DNA from: Escherichia phage moskry
Sequence record: MN850651.1
Direction: 5' to 3' (one strand)
Length of the DNA stretch: 64,000 nucleotides
The notes beneath the pieces are model-generated. The model did not search any database. It had not been told where the DNA came from and worked only from the letters and a program-made list of their open reading frames with translations. Made by a program: the position numbers and the translations under genes. Positions 1 to 8,320 of this stretch are shown here, piece by piece; the stretch's first letter is position 1; the number at the start of each line of letters is the position of its first letter.

Positions 1-1
1 T

Positions 2-319
2 GGGGCTACTCTAATTAGTGGGTCTCAGGTTGTTGGTTTTGGCCTAAGCAACGGTGTCGTGCCTGGTACAAGCCAATATATTGCAAAGTCGTCAACAGAA
101 GGTAACCACACCCATAGTTGGTCAGGAACTACTAGCGCTACGGGTAACCATGCTCATACTGTGGGTATTGGTGCCCATACACATACTGTAGGTATTGGTG
201 CCCACTCTCATTCGGTAGCGATTGGTTCCCACGGACATACAATAACTGTAAATGCCACAGGAAATACAGAAAACACAGTTAAAAACGTCGCTTTTAACTA
301 TATCGTTCGTTTAGCATAA
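2..319 (+). CDS. 37: long tail fibre distal subunit, C-terminal part (gp37-like); 5' end upstream of window
   Basis: Frame open from window start to stop at 317-319; His-x-His repeat block ([38 protein letters not shown]) and C-terminal ..NYIVRLA typical of T-even gp37 tip; followed by gp38 and holin as in T4. Confidence 0.7.
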   Translation, partial: GATLISGSQVVGFGLSNGVVPGTSQYIAKSSTEGNHTHSWSGTTSATGNHAHTVGIGAHTHTVGIGAHSHSVAIGSHGHTITVNATGNTENTVKNVAFNYIVRLA

Positions 320-324
320 GGAGA

Positions 325-345
325 AGGGACTTCGGTCCCTTTTTA
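325..345 (+). promoter_or_regulatory. RNA hairpin GGGAC-UUCG-GUCCC plus U-run between the Shine-Dalgarno (GGAG near 320) and the AUG of gene 38
   Basis: Perfect stem with UUCG loop read directly; the SD is about 27 nt from the AUG and the hairpin would bring them together, as described for T4 gene 38. Could also act as an attenuator. Confidence 0.5.
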
Positions 346-349
346 TAAT

Positions 350-901
350 ATGAAACTCTATCACTATTATTTTGACACTAAAGAATTTTACAAAGAAGAA
401 AATTATAAACCATTAAAAGGCGTAGGATTTCCGGCTCATTCGACACCAAAAAAACCTTTAGACCCTAAAGAAGGCTATGCTGTTGTATTTGATGAACGCG
501 AACAAGAATGGGTATATGTTGAAGACCATCGTGGAAAAACAGTATGGACTTATGATAAGCAAAAAATTGTTATTGACACTCCAGGTGCTCTTCAAAATGT
601 TACTACAGAAGAACCCGGTGAATTTGACATTTGGACCGATGACGGGTGGAAGGAAGATGAAGCATATAAACGCGTAGTTCAACGTGATAAGAAAATTCAT
701 GAACTCTATAAATTATTCAGTGTTTTAAGTTCTCTTATTGACGCAGATGTTGCTAATAGAGAAGAAAAACGAAAATTTAAAGAGCTCAAAAAATTCTTTG
801 CTCTTTTAGAAAAACATGAACATCTTGGCGGCGAATTCCCTAAATTCCCTGACCTTGAAAACAAATCTATTATCAAAGCGATTATAAATATCTTTAAGTA
901 A
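350..901 (+). CDS. 38: tail fibre assembly chaperone gp38 (T4-type, 183 aa)
   Basis: 183 aa, N-terminus MKLYHYYFDTKEFYKEENYKP matches my recollection of T4 gp38; synteny gp37-gp38-t. Confidence 0.85.
   Translation: MKLYHYYFDTKEFYKEENYKPLKGVGFPAHSTPKKPLDPKEGYAVVFDEREQEWVYVEDHRGKTVWTYDKQKIVIDTPGALQNVTTEEPGEFDIWTDDGWKEDEAYKRVVQRDKKIHELYKLFSVLSSLIDADVANREEKRKFKELKKFFALLEKHEHLGGEFPKFPDLENKSIIKAIINIFK
883..890 (+). promoter_or_regulatory. T4 late promoter box TATAAATA upstream of holin t
   Basis: Exact TATAAATA octamer about 20 nt upstream of the t start codon, inside the 3' end of gene 38. Confidence 0.55.
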
Positions 902-910
902 GGAGGTATT

Positions 911-1570
911 ATGGCAACACCAAAAGTATCATTTTCGCCTAGTGATATTCTATTTGGGTTGCTAGATCGTATTTTCAAAGATAACGCTACTGGAAAGGTT
1001 TTAATGTCTCGAGTAGCGGTAATTATTCTTTTGTTCCTAATGGCACTAATATGGTACAAAGGAAGTATTTTGCTGGATTATTATGTAAGAGCTAAGTATG
1101 ATACTTATACTGAAATAATCCAAAAAGAACGAGCTTTACGTTTTGAATCTGCGGCTCTAGAACAACTGCAAATAGTTCATATCTCATCTGGTGCAGATTT
1201 TAGTGCTGTGTATTCTTTCAGACCTAAAAACTTAAATTATTTTGTCGACCTTATAGCTTATGAAGGCAAACTACCTAGCACAATTTCTGAAAAGTCCCTT
1301 GGCGGATTCCCAGTGGATAAAACGGCCGATGAATATATAATTCATTTAAGCGGCCGTCATTTCTCATCTAAATCAGAATTTGCATTTTTGCCTACAAAAT
1401 CTAAGACTGCCGAACTTTCTTATATGTATAGCTGTCCATACTTTAATTTGGATAACATCTATGCTGGAACTGTGACGATGTATTGGTATAAGGGGAATAA
1501 TATACTTGAGGAAGATCGCTTAGCGGCTATATGCAACCAAGCGGTCCGAATACTAGGAAGGGCTAAATAA
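911..1570 (+). CDS. t: holin T (lysis inhibition holin)
   Basis: 219 aa; N-terminus MATPKVSFSPSDILFGLLDRIFKDNATGKVL with one TM segment, matches T4 holin t as I recall it; SD AAGGAGG upstream. Confidence 0.9.
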   Translation: MATPKVSFSPSDILFGLLDRIFKDNATGKVLMSRVAVIILLFLMALIWYKGSILLDYYVRAKYDTYTEIIQKERALRFESAALEQLQIVHISSGADFSAVYSFRPKNLNYFVDLIAYEGKLPSTISEKSLGGFPVDKTADEYIIHLSGRHFSSKSEFAFLPTKSKTAELSYMYSCPYFNLDNIYAGTVTMYWYKGNNILEEDRLAAICNQAVRILGRAK

Positions 1571-1843
1571 TTAGTTGTTAGAATACATCGCTAAATGACG
1601 ATAAATATTTTCAAAACCTTCATTGAATTCACTAATCAGTGTTTTCTTTTCTTCGGCAGTTAAATTTGTAATTAGTTTTCTGAACGAATTCTGATTTAGC
1701 TGCCGACCATCTTTTTTAATTCCAATCTCATTCAAGAATCCGATGAAACTTGCTCGGTCTTCAACAATATCTTCCCTAGAGAATTTAATCAAAATAGAAG
1801 CAATAGTAATAATTTCACGTACGATTTCAATGTCTTTATTCAT
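1571..1843 (-). CDS. asiA: anti-sigma70 protein AsiA
   Basis: 90 aa, MNKDIEIVREIITIASILIKFSREDIVE.. closely matches T4 AsiA from memory; position after t as in T4. Confidence 0.9.
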   Translation of the reverse strand: MNKDIEIVREIITIASILIKFSREDIVEDRASFIGFLNEIGIKKDGRQLNQNSFRKLITNLTAEEKKTLISEFNEGFENIYRHLAMYSNN

Positions 1844-1889
1844 AACGTTTTATTCATTCCACTTAGTTGATATGGATATAGTACCATTA

Positions 1890-2105
1890 TCAGTGTTGAT
1901 TGTAAACGGCTTTTTCTACGCTTTTAACGTAATTGGTATAGTCTTCCTGTTCGTACGAGTGTAAGGCTAAGAACAGAGCTAATAATTCATTATAGACTAA
2001 GGCCTCACGCTCACGTTCGGCCTCTACTACGTTCTGAAGATTATGACTCATATCGTTCCTTATAACTATCAATGTAATCCTGTATGTCAAAGAATGACAT
2101 TTCAT
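1890..2105 (-). CDS. hypothetical small early protein (start uncertain, likely internal Met)
   Basis: ORF track only; overlaps the next ORF by about 65 nt so the 5' end is doubtful. Confidence 0.25.
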   Translation of the reverse strand: MKCHSLTYRITLIVIRNDMSHNLQNVVEAEREREALVYNELLALFLALHSYEQEDYTNYVKSVEKAVYNQH

Positions 2106-2439
2106 ATTCTAGGACATTAAGAGCCCGTTCTTCAGTATAGTCAGAACCAAAGACGATAGTGATTTCACCAGGCTTCATATGATTGAAATCGACACTAAAA
2201 GGAATACGAGAACATACTTCGTCTGCCATATCTACGATAACACTACGACACACTTCTCGGTTAACCTGATAAAGCTCTGCAAGTTCTTCACATCGAATAA
2301 CAAGTTCAGTGGCAGGATTTTCTTTGATTTTAGTAAGCATAGTCTTTACCCTTATGTTTTTGTTTACGTTTAGATTGAAGTTCTGATTTCTTTTTGTCCT
2401 TATGGACGGAAGCCTTATTGAAATCATGTTTTGCCACAA
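2041..2439 (-). CDS. hypothetical acidic early protein (occupies the arn position of T4)
   Basis: ORF track; basic N-terminal extension then acidic body; alternative start at 2340. Identity with Arn not verifiable from memory. Confidence 0.4.
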   Translation of the reverse strand: MWQNMISIRLPSIRTKRNQNFNLNVNKNIRVKTMLTKIKENPATELVIRCEELAELYQVNREVCRSVIVDMADEVCSRIPFSVDFNHMKPGEITIVFGSDYTEERALNVLEYEMSFFDIQDYIDSYKERYES

Positions 2440-2642
2440 GATTGTTCATAATGCTTTATAACCTCGTTTAAACATTTACTAGTGAAAGAAAACTTTTTAG
2501 CCACAGAACATTCGATAATGTGCTCTTTCAAATCTTTAGAGTCGGTATAACCCATCTCAATAATAAAGTGGCGAATTAAAGCTTTATTCTTATCATTAAC
2601 AGAATTAAAATAATCTGCTTTAGAATCAATTATTCTCATCAT
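2424..2642 (-). CDS. hypothetical protein
   Basis: ORF track, co-oriented with neighbours, small stop/start overlap. Confidence 0.4.
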   Translation of the reverse strand: MMRIIDSKADYFNSVNDKNKALIRHFIIEMGYTDSKDLKEHIIECSVAKKFSFTSKCLNEVIKHYEQSCGKT

Positions 2643-2907
2643 CTAATTTCCTTAATTGATATTGCAACGAGCTAATAATTTCTTCGTTCATTTTAATATA
2701 CATGTCACGCAAGAAAGGTTTTAATCCATCACGAATAATTGCTAACGTATCACCTTTACATAAATTAACCAAATAAGGATGGTCTAAAGCGTCCCAACCA
2801 GGCTGATTAGCATACATACCATAGTTTTCTTCCATCATAGCATTCAGGCGTTTGATATGATTAATGTGGGCTTCAATAGCATCAATCTGGAGTTGTTTAA
2901 GATTCAT
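2626..2907 (-). CDS. hypothetical protein
   Basis: ORF track; tight packing with neighbours. Confidence 0.45.
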   Translation of the reverse strand: MNLKQLQIDAIEAHINHIKRLNAMMEENYGMYANQPGWDALDHPYLVNLCKGDTLAIIRDGLKPFLRDMYIKMNEEIISSLQYQLRKLDDENN

Positions 2908-3368
2908 TAGTAAAGGTCCTCAGAGTAAAGTTCTTTTTCATTACCACCACGTTCAATACGTACTTGTCCAGCGTAAGTTGCAATAATCATTGCTTCTTCA
3001 CGTGTCCAGTAATTAGAGTATTGATCAATAAAGCCTTGGTCGTCGCCACAAACTTGCTGCGAGACTAATTGAGGACCAACTATATCAAGTACTTCAGCCA
3101 TATCTTTAGAGTAATGACGAGCACCTGGAATAATAAGAGTTCGTCCATCTTTTAATTTAAAACGATTAGCTGCACAGACAATTCGTCGTTGATACTTTTG
3201 GTTTTCATCCCAATACAGAGTCTGCCAACAGATTTCAGGAACTTCATCTAAAACATTTTGTTCTGTATATTCACCGCCGTAAGAAGCTAATTTAGCAGCC
3301 AGACTTTCCGGAGTCTCACGCGACAAAGCTTTATCTAACAGAGCTAAACGTTCTTTAAAAGTTTTCAT
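2907..3368 (-). CDS. hypothetical protein
   Basis: 153-aa ORF, start overlaps the stop of the upstream gene (coupled). Confidence 0.5.
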   Translation of the reverse strand: MKTFKERLALLDKALSRETPESLAAKLASYGGEYTEQNVLDEVPEICWQTLYWDENQKYQRRIVCAANRFKLKDGRTLIIPGARHYSKDMAEVLDIVGPQLVSQQVCGDDQGFIDQYSNYWTREEAMIIATYAGQVRIERGGNEKELYSEDLY

Positions 3369-3694
3369 TTAAACCATCCTTTAATACGTTGCCAAATAGA
3401 TTTTTGTGCTTGTTTATTTACACCAATCGAACGAATAACCGGTTGTGACTGCTGATATTCTTTATAATCTTCTTTATAGATTTCGTAAGCTGCATCAACA
3501 AATGAACTGATCGCTGCCATGTAGTTTTTACGAAGGCCAAATGGCGCGTCATTATTTTCACGAATAACCGTATATTGGCCTGCTTTAATCTTTACAATTG
3601 TCCCTAAATAAGCCCCGTGGTACCAAATATCCCATCCTTCCTGAGTAGGTTCTGCACATTTACGAAGTTCGTTAATAATATTCAGCTTATTCAT
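3365..3694 (-). CDS. hypothetical protein
   Basis: 109-aa ORF immediately downstream of motA. Confidence 0.5.
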   Translation of the reverse strand: MNKLNIINELRKCAEPTQEGWDIWYHGAYLGTIVKIKAGQYTVIRENNDAPFGLRKNYMAAISSFVDAAYEIYKEDYKEYQQSQPVIRSIGVNKQAQKSIWQRIKGWFK

Positions 3695-3704
3695 TATGTA
3701 TTCC

Positions 3705-4337
3705 TCACAGTACGTTAGTTACAAGGGTAATGATTTCTTTGGACACATTAGGGAAGTCAATGTAAGTATATTTACCACCGATCTTAATCTTAACATCATT
3801 TTCAAGAGAAGTAAACAGCTTTGATTCAGTTTCTGACATGTTGTATGCAAAGATTCTAAGAGAACCATCTCGACGAATTTCGATCTGACGAATACCTAGA
3901 ACTCGTTTAGCGAATCGAACTTCTAAGTTACTACGGTTTTCACCAATTTCTTTAACTTCAACTTTATCTTTAATATTTTCAAAAACAAAGTTTGCTAATT
4001 CATGCATTTCAGGAGTAACTCCACGTGCTTTTCTAGTGTTACGTTTCTGAAGAAGTTCTGGAGCATTTTCTTGGGCAAAGAGGTCTGCAGCTTTTTGGAT
4101 AATATCCATTGCTTCGCCTGTTGCTACAAGTCCATCACCGGATTTTTCGACTAAACCTTTCTTAATCAATACACCAATGTTAGAGTTAACAACCGACGCA
4201 TTGTATTCTGCTTCCAGAGCTTCACGGACATTGGCAGCAGTGGTGAAGTTGTTCTTAATGATATAAACCATTATTGCAGCAGTTTTTTCATTCAGAGCGT
4301 TTTCAGAAGCTTTGATGATGTAAGTAACTTTAGACAT
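3705..4337 (-). CDS. motA: middle-transcription activator MotA
   Basis: 210 aa; MSKVTYIIKASENALNEKTAA.. and NSNIGVLIKKGLVEKSGDGL motif match T4 MotA as recalled; SD GGAGAAA upstream. Confidence 0.9.
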   Translation of the reverse strand: MSKVTYIIKASENALNEKTAAIMVYIIKNNFTTAANVREALEAEYNASVVNSNIGVLIKKGLVEKSGDGLVATGEAMDIIQKAADLFAQENAPELLQKRNTRKARGVTPEMHELANFVFENIKDKVEVKEIGENRSNLEVRFAKRVLGIRQIEIRRDGSLRIFAYNMSETESKLFTSLENDVKIKIGGKYTYIDFPNVSKEIITLVTNVL

Positions 4338-4376
4338 TTTATTTCTCCAATTTGGGTGTTTTGTTTTGATAGGTCT

Positions 4377-4405
4377 ATACTATCATGTTTGAAGCAAAAG
4401 TAAAC
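4377..4405 (-). promoter_or_regulatory. early sigma70-type promoter for motA (GTTTAC-N17-TAGTAT)
   Basis: Read on - strand: GTTTAC, 17-nt spacer, TAGTAT, then conserved AGACCTATCAA; about 40 nt upstream of the motA ATG. Confidence 0.55.
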
Positions 4406-4424
4406 TGTTTTGTGAGAAAAATGC

Positions 4425-4448
4425 ACAAAAGGGAGCCCGAAGGCTCCC
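4425..4448 (-). terminator. rho-independent terminator hairpin downstream of gene 52
   Basis: GGGAGCC-CGAA-GGCTCCC stem-loop followed on - strand by a UUUUGU run. Confidence 0.6.
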
Positions 4449-4524
4449 TAATCATGTTTGTCCAACCAATACAGCCAAATCACTAGTACAGCTATTGCAC
4501 CGAGAAATCCTAAGGCTAGGGCAC

Positions 4525-5850
4525 TCAAAGTGCCTCCAAGTCTTTAGTGTACTCGGTCACAACATCAGTAGACTTCCAATACTCATTTTCTTCTTTCTTA
4601 GCTTTAGCTTCTTCTGCTAGTTTACGTGCTTCGTCGGAAGTGATATGGAAGATGTTAAGACCTACCAGTTTATCGACATGTTCTTTATACATTTCGATTT
4701 GTGCTAGCTCTTCAGTCAAAGCTTTACGAGTCTTGCCCTGAATCACAATTTCACCTGTAATAACTTTTTTGATGAAGTGTGCCTTAGCAAAAGCAAGTTT
4801 AAATGCTTTTTCAGATTCAAGGATTTTGTTGTCAATACGTTTCTGAACGTAAGTCTTACGGACTTCAACAAAATCTTTGATTAAGTCCACTACGTTATCG
4901 TAGACAGCTAATTTACCCTTTTCATTAATCACTGTGATGTTTTGTGAACGACGTTCGATTAGACTAAAATCTTTCATGATTTTTTCATGACGTAGCTCTT
5001 CGTCATCAGGAAGCGAGTACTCTTTACGGAACTTCACCTTAAACCCAAAGCCGTGTTCACCGCAATCATCTTCCCATGAGATTAGACCTTTGTCTTCCAA
5101 CGGGTCAAGAACCTTACTCACATACGTTTCACGGTCAAATTTATACGGGATTTCAGTTATCTGCATTTGAGTTCGAGATGTGAACTTATATGTCCCGTGA
5201 ATCTCATAACGCCCATCAACTTCATGTACTTCACCACGGAATTCCGGGAATTCAACTTTTGGCTTAGTGACATTTTTACCTTGAAGAGCTTGTAATACGG
5301 CCTTTTTGACTGATTTAAAACTATGAGGCAGAATATTTGTTGCGTAACCGGTTGCAATACCAGAGACGCCATTCAAAAGAACTGTCGGAATAATAGGAAG
5401 ATAGAATTTTGGTGGAATGTGTTCTTTATCTTCATGAGCTGGAGCATATTCAGTATCTTTATATACGTTATAGAAATTTTTACTTACACGAGCAAAAATA
5501 TAACGAGATGCTGCAGCTTTTTGGACTGTTCTAGAACCAAAGTTGCCTTGGCCATCTAACAGTGGATAGTTGTTGTTCCATGTGTTAGCCATCAATGCAC
5601 CTGCATCTTGTGCAGAAGATTCACCGTGGTGATAACCTAAATCTGCAACACCACCTGCAATTGACGCAAGTTTATGAAATTTTTCTTTATTACCACGAGC
5701 CAAATCTAACGCACGATGAACCACAAAACGTTGAACCGGCTTAAATCCATCAATCATGTTTGGGATTGCACGGTTTTCAACGGTGTACATCGCATATGCT
5801 AAGGCTTCGTTATCAATAATACTTTTTAGATTACGAGAATTCAATTGCAT
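4525..5850 (-). CDS. 52: DNA topoisomerase II medium subunit gp52
   Basis: 441 aa; GyrA-like N-terminus (..RAIPNMIDGFKPVQRFVV.., active-site region) matching T4 gp52. Confidence 0.95.
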   Translation of the reverse strand: MQLNSRNLKSIIDNEALAYAMYTVENRAIPNMIDGFKPVQRFVVHRALDLARGNKEKFHKLASIAGGVADLGYHHGESSAQDAGALMANTWNNNYPLLDGQGNFGSRTVQKAAASRYIFARVSKNFYNVYKDTEYAPAHEDKEHIPPKFYLPIIPTVLLNGVSGIATGYATNILPHSFKSVKKAVLQALQGKNVTKPKVEFPEFRGEVHEVDGRYEIHGTYKFTSRTQMQITEIPYKFDRETYVSKVLDPLEDKGLISWEDDCGEHGFGFKVKFRKEYSLPDDEELRHEKIMKDFSLIERRSQNITVINEKGKLAVYDNVVDLIKDFVEVRKTYVQKRIDNKILESEKAFKLAFAKAHFIKKVITGEIVIQGKTRKALTEELAQIEMYKEHVDKLVGLNIFHITSDEARKLAEEAKAKKEENEYWKSTDVVTEYTKDLEAL

Positions 5851-5854
5851 ATTT

Positions 5855-5995
5855 TCACCATATTAATGAACGAATAGCCATTATAACATCTGAAATGAAA
5901 AGCACTACTTGGATTAGTCCAAACATCACACCATAATACAGAACCGTAAGCAACAACAAGAGCCCGAAGGCTCCTGCTAGGATTTTCTTAATCAT
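5855..5995 (-). CDS. tiny hydrophobic protein (46 aa)
   Basis: Not in ORF track (<60 aa). MIKKILAGAFGLLLLLTVLYYGVMFGLIQVV..; start overlaps the stop of the upstream tiny ORF as TAATG; between gene 52 and ndd where T4 has 52.1/ac/stp-type small genes. Confidence 0.35.
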   Translation of the reverse strand: MIKKILAGAFGLLLLLTVLYYGVMFGLIQVVLFISDVIMAIRSLIW

Positions 5996-6141
5996 TACTC
6001 GCCTTTTAACACGTTAATAAGAGCTAAGACCGCTAAGGTGCCTTGTGATACGGCCTGTTGAAATACTGTTGTTTCGCCTGTAACTAAAGTGTTAACGAAT
6101 AAAAACGACCAACACAGCAATGCAATAATCCATGATACCAT
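5995..6141 (-). CDS. tiny hydrophobic protein (48 aa)
   Basis: Not in ORF track. MVSWIIALLCWSFLFVNTLVTGETTVFQQAVSQGTLAVLALINVLKGE; single TM helix. Confidence 0.35.
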   Translation of the reverse strand: MVSWIIALLCWSFLFVNTLVTGETTVFQQAVSQGTLAVLALINVLKGE

Positions 6142-6193
6142 TTTAATTACCTCAAAAATAAATTAAAGGCCCAACTTAATAGGCCCGTATAAA

Positions 6194-6640
6194 TTAGTAA
6201 CTCTGCAGAATGAATTTGAAATTATCTGCCAGAAGACGGTTCATTTCAGTGAGTGTTTGATATTCTGATGTATGGTTGCGAGTGAATGCCAGAGCCAATT
6301 GTCCTTTACCATAACCAGTAGTCAGGGGTTTCATGTTCTTAGCTGCAACAAAGATTACATCATATTCAATATTGTTAGTGCCCATAGTACGGGCTAGTTG
6401 CGAACGGCCTTGACGAATGTGAGAAAGAATTGCATCCAACCCTTGTTTAGAACGTTGACGTCCTACAAAGAATCGTGCTGCTACTTGTCGCCAATCAGAT
6501 GAACCTTTAACAAAGAAGTAAAAACCTTCACGAGAACGAAACTCTTTAGAAACTTCAGAACCGTATTCACCATTACGAACTACTGCAACAACTTCACCGC
6601 CAACTGCCAGAAGGTCTTTACGAGTTAAATATTTGGACAT
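6194..6640 (-). CDS. ndd: nucleoid disruption protein Ndd
   Basis: 148 aa; ..[70 protein letters not shown] matches T4 Ndd from memory. Confidence 0.85.
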   Translation of the reverse strand: MSKYLTRKDLLAVGGEVVAVVRNGEYGSEVSKEFRSREGFYFFVKGSSDWRQVAARFFVGRQRSKQGLDAILSHIRQGRSQLARTMGTNNIEYDVIFVAAKNMKPLTTGYGKGQLALAFTRNHTSEYQTLTEMNRLLADNFKFILQSY

Positions 6641-6684
6641 GCTAATTTCCTCAATTGATTAATGTTTTTGTAATCCATGAGAGC

Positions 6685-6713
6685 ATTATACTCTGCTCTC
6701 AAGAGTTTGTACA
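6685..6713 (-). promoter_or_regulatory. early promoter upstream of ndd (TGTACA-N17-TATAAT) with dyad GAGAGCA/TGCTCTC flanking the -10
   Basis: Read directly on - strand. Confidence 0.5.
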
Positions 6714-6716
6714 ATT

Positions 6717-6917
6717 TTATTCGGCCATATCAGAACGTTCAAAAAGCTCTTCAACAGTTAAACATTCAGTGTCATCTTCAATAAAGAATCGAGTCCAACA
6801 CGTTGGGGCGATACAGTTATGAGTTTGTCCGGCGATAGAAGCTACACGAATAAGCTGCTGACCATTATTCAGAACAAATTTTTCACCAATTTCAACATCT
6901 TTAAAAAGCTTAGCCAT
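6717..6917 (-). CDS. hypothetical protein (66 aa)
   Basis: ORF track; SD GAGGAA before ATG; own promoter upstream. Confidence 0.45.
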   Translation of the reverse strand: MAKLFKDVEIGEKFVLNNGQQLIRVASIAGQTHNCIAPTCWTRFFIEDDTECLTVEELFERSDMAE

Positions 6918-6945
6918 TTTGTGTTCCTCATGTTTCAGTAGGACT

Positions 6946-6975
6946 ACTATACCATAATCCTACCTTGATGTAAAC
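6946..6975 (-). promoter_or_regulatory. early promoter GTTTAC-N18-TATAGT
   Basis: Consensus hexamers plus downstream AGTCCTA box; upstream of the 6717-6917 gene. Confidence 0.5.
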
Positions 6976-7167
6976 AATTAAATTACATTAAAATATGTTA
7001 AAGCCAACCATGTTCCAGTGAACGAACATGCGATGTAAAACCCCGTATCACAAATTGTTCTTAGTACAATAAGAAGTGCATTTTTCATAAGTACCTCAAC
7101 ACAATTGAAAATATTATACAAATCATAGGGATACTAAGCAACCATATTCCGATCCACATTTTAGAGC

Positions 7168-7431
7168 TCATATCTCAACTTCCGTGAGTTCCATATATCC
7201 TTTGTTGATAACCTCTTTAAGATCTTTAGAAAGAATAACACCAAAATGGTCATTCATATGTCCATTAACTAAACGAGTTATTTCGGCTTCAGATGACATA
7301 TAAGGCACGTCTGAGTCCCAATGAGATAGACTTAAATGAGTATAAATCATCCCTTCGTCATCTGCAGTGTTGTACATTGAAACAAATTCGCCTGTTACTT
7401 TATGTTTTGCGTAGAAAAATTTAAATTTCAT
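7168..7431 (-). CDS. hypothetical protein (87 aa)
   Basis: ORF track; SD AAGAGGA before ATG. Confidence 0.5.
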   Translation of the reverse strand: MKFKFFYAKHKVTGEFVSMYNTADDEGMIYTHLSLSHWDSDVPYMSSEAEITRLVNGHMNDHFGVILSKDLKEVINKGYMELTEVEI

Positions 7432-7457
7432 GATGTTATCCTCTTTTAGATAGGACT

Positions 7458-7487
7458 ACTATATCATAGTCCTACTTAGTTGTAAAC
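7458..7487 (-). promoter_or_regulatory. early promoter GTTTAC-N18-TATAGT embedded in dyad TAGGACT/AGTCCTA
   Basis: Read directly; upstream of the 7168-7431 gene. Confidence 0.5.
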
Positions 7488-7499
7488 ACTTTTATGAAA

Positions 7500-7976
7500 T
7501 TAAAGATGAAGATACCACCCGTTGTAGTTGCTCTTGCGGACGATTTTCTTTAGGTCTTCATGGTCTCCCACAAACTTTATAGAATAAGAGAAGACGTCAG
7601 GTGAGGTTTCTTTGACATCTAATATAATAATGCAATCTGCGACTCGATGATTCAAGAAGGGCCCTATATTGATTCCATTACCACCCGGATAATCACCACT
7701 GTATCCTGTGGTAACCGAAATCCATTTAGAATCTATCTGGTGTGTCTTGACTTCTACACGAATTCCACAATACTTGGGATGAGCTAACACGTCCCATGCA
7801 TACGTGTACGGGTCTTCTACGTCTTCAATACCTTTATTAACATATCCATCTAGCCAATTTGCTACTACATACTCTGCAAAGACTGCAACCTTACAACGTC
7901 GAACAACGTCTTCTTTTATTTGACCTGGATCTTGTTTCAACGAGTACCGAGCAGTATCAGCGATCTTAACCTTCAT
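7500..7976 (-). CDS. hypothetical protein (about 158 aa; track ORF extends to 8120)
   Basis: ORF track 7500-8120 overlaps the upstream gene by 128 nt; internal Met (MKVKIADTARYSL) gives a non-overlapping start. Lies at the position where T4 has denB; identity unverified. Confidence 0.4.
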   Translation of the reverse strand: MKVKIADTARYSLKQDPGQIKEDVVRRCKVAVFAEYVVANWLDGYVNKGIEDVEDPYTYAWDVLAHPKYCGIRVEVKTHQIDSKWISVTTGYSGDYPGGNGINIGPFLNHRVADCIIILDVKETSPDVFSYSIKFVGDHEDLKKIVRKSNYNGWYLHL

Positions 7977-7992
7977 TTCGCTAGTCAAAAAC

Positions 7993-8280
7993 TCATTCGA
8001 CAGGATAAATGTCGGAAGACTCTTCAGCCTCAACAGTCCCAAGTTCGTCTTTACCATAGATACCTCTGATGTGTAGTTCACCAAAATAAATGCGGTCACC
8101 TTCTTCAAGATATTCTGCATCTACAGGCGGAATTTCAATAACAACTTCGTCGCATTCTAACCAGCCGTAGTGTGCATCACCAGGATGTTTTACCAATTTA
8201 GCACAATAAACTGATTTACACTTATGATGACCACGAAGATTAGCAATTTTGGATTCTGATACGTCAAATGGATGAATCAT
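7993..8280 (-). CDS. hypothetical protein (95 aa)
   Basis: ORF track; first gene after the rIIB terminator. Confidence 0.4.
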   Translation of the reverse strand: MIHPFDVSESKIANLRGHHKCKSVYCAKLVKHPGDAHYGWLECDEVVIEIPPVDAEYLEEGDRIYFGELHIRGIYGKDELGTVEAEESSDIYPVE

Positions 8281-8295
8281 AATTACCCCTAAAGA

Positions 8296-8315
8296 AAAAG
8301 GGGACCGAAGTCCCC
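8296..8315 (-). terminator. terminator hairpin downstream of rIIB
   Basis: GGGGAC-CGAA-GUCCCC followed on - strand by UUUUUCUUU. Confidence 0.6.
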
Positions 8316-8320
8316 AATTA

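Noticed and set aside
120-250. Short direct repeats that could be mistaken for a CRISPR array or tandem repeat element
   Set aside because: They lie inside the tail-fibre reading frame and encode the HxH repeat; no spacer/repeat architecture.
2041-2439. Calling the 2041-2439 ORF Arn and 14821-15243 goF, 7500-7976 denB, 57198-57623 pin
   Set aside because: Only positional analogy to T4; I cannot recall those sequences well enough to confirm, so they stay hypothetical.
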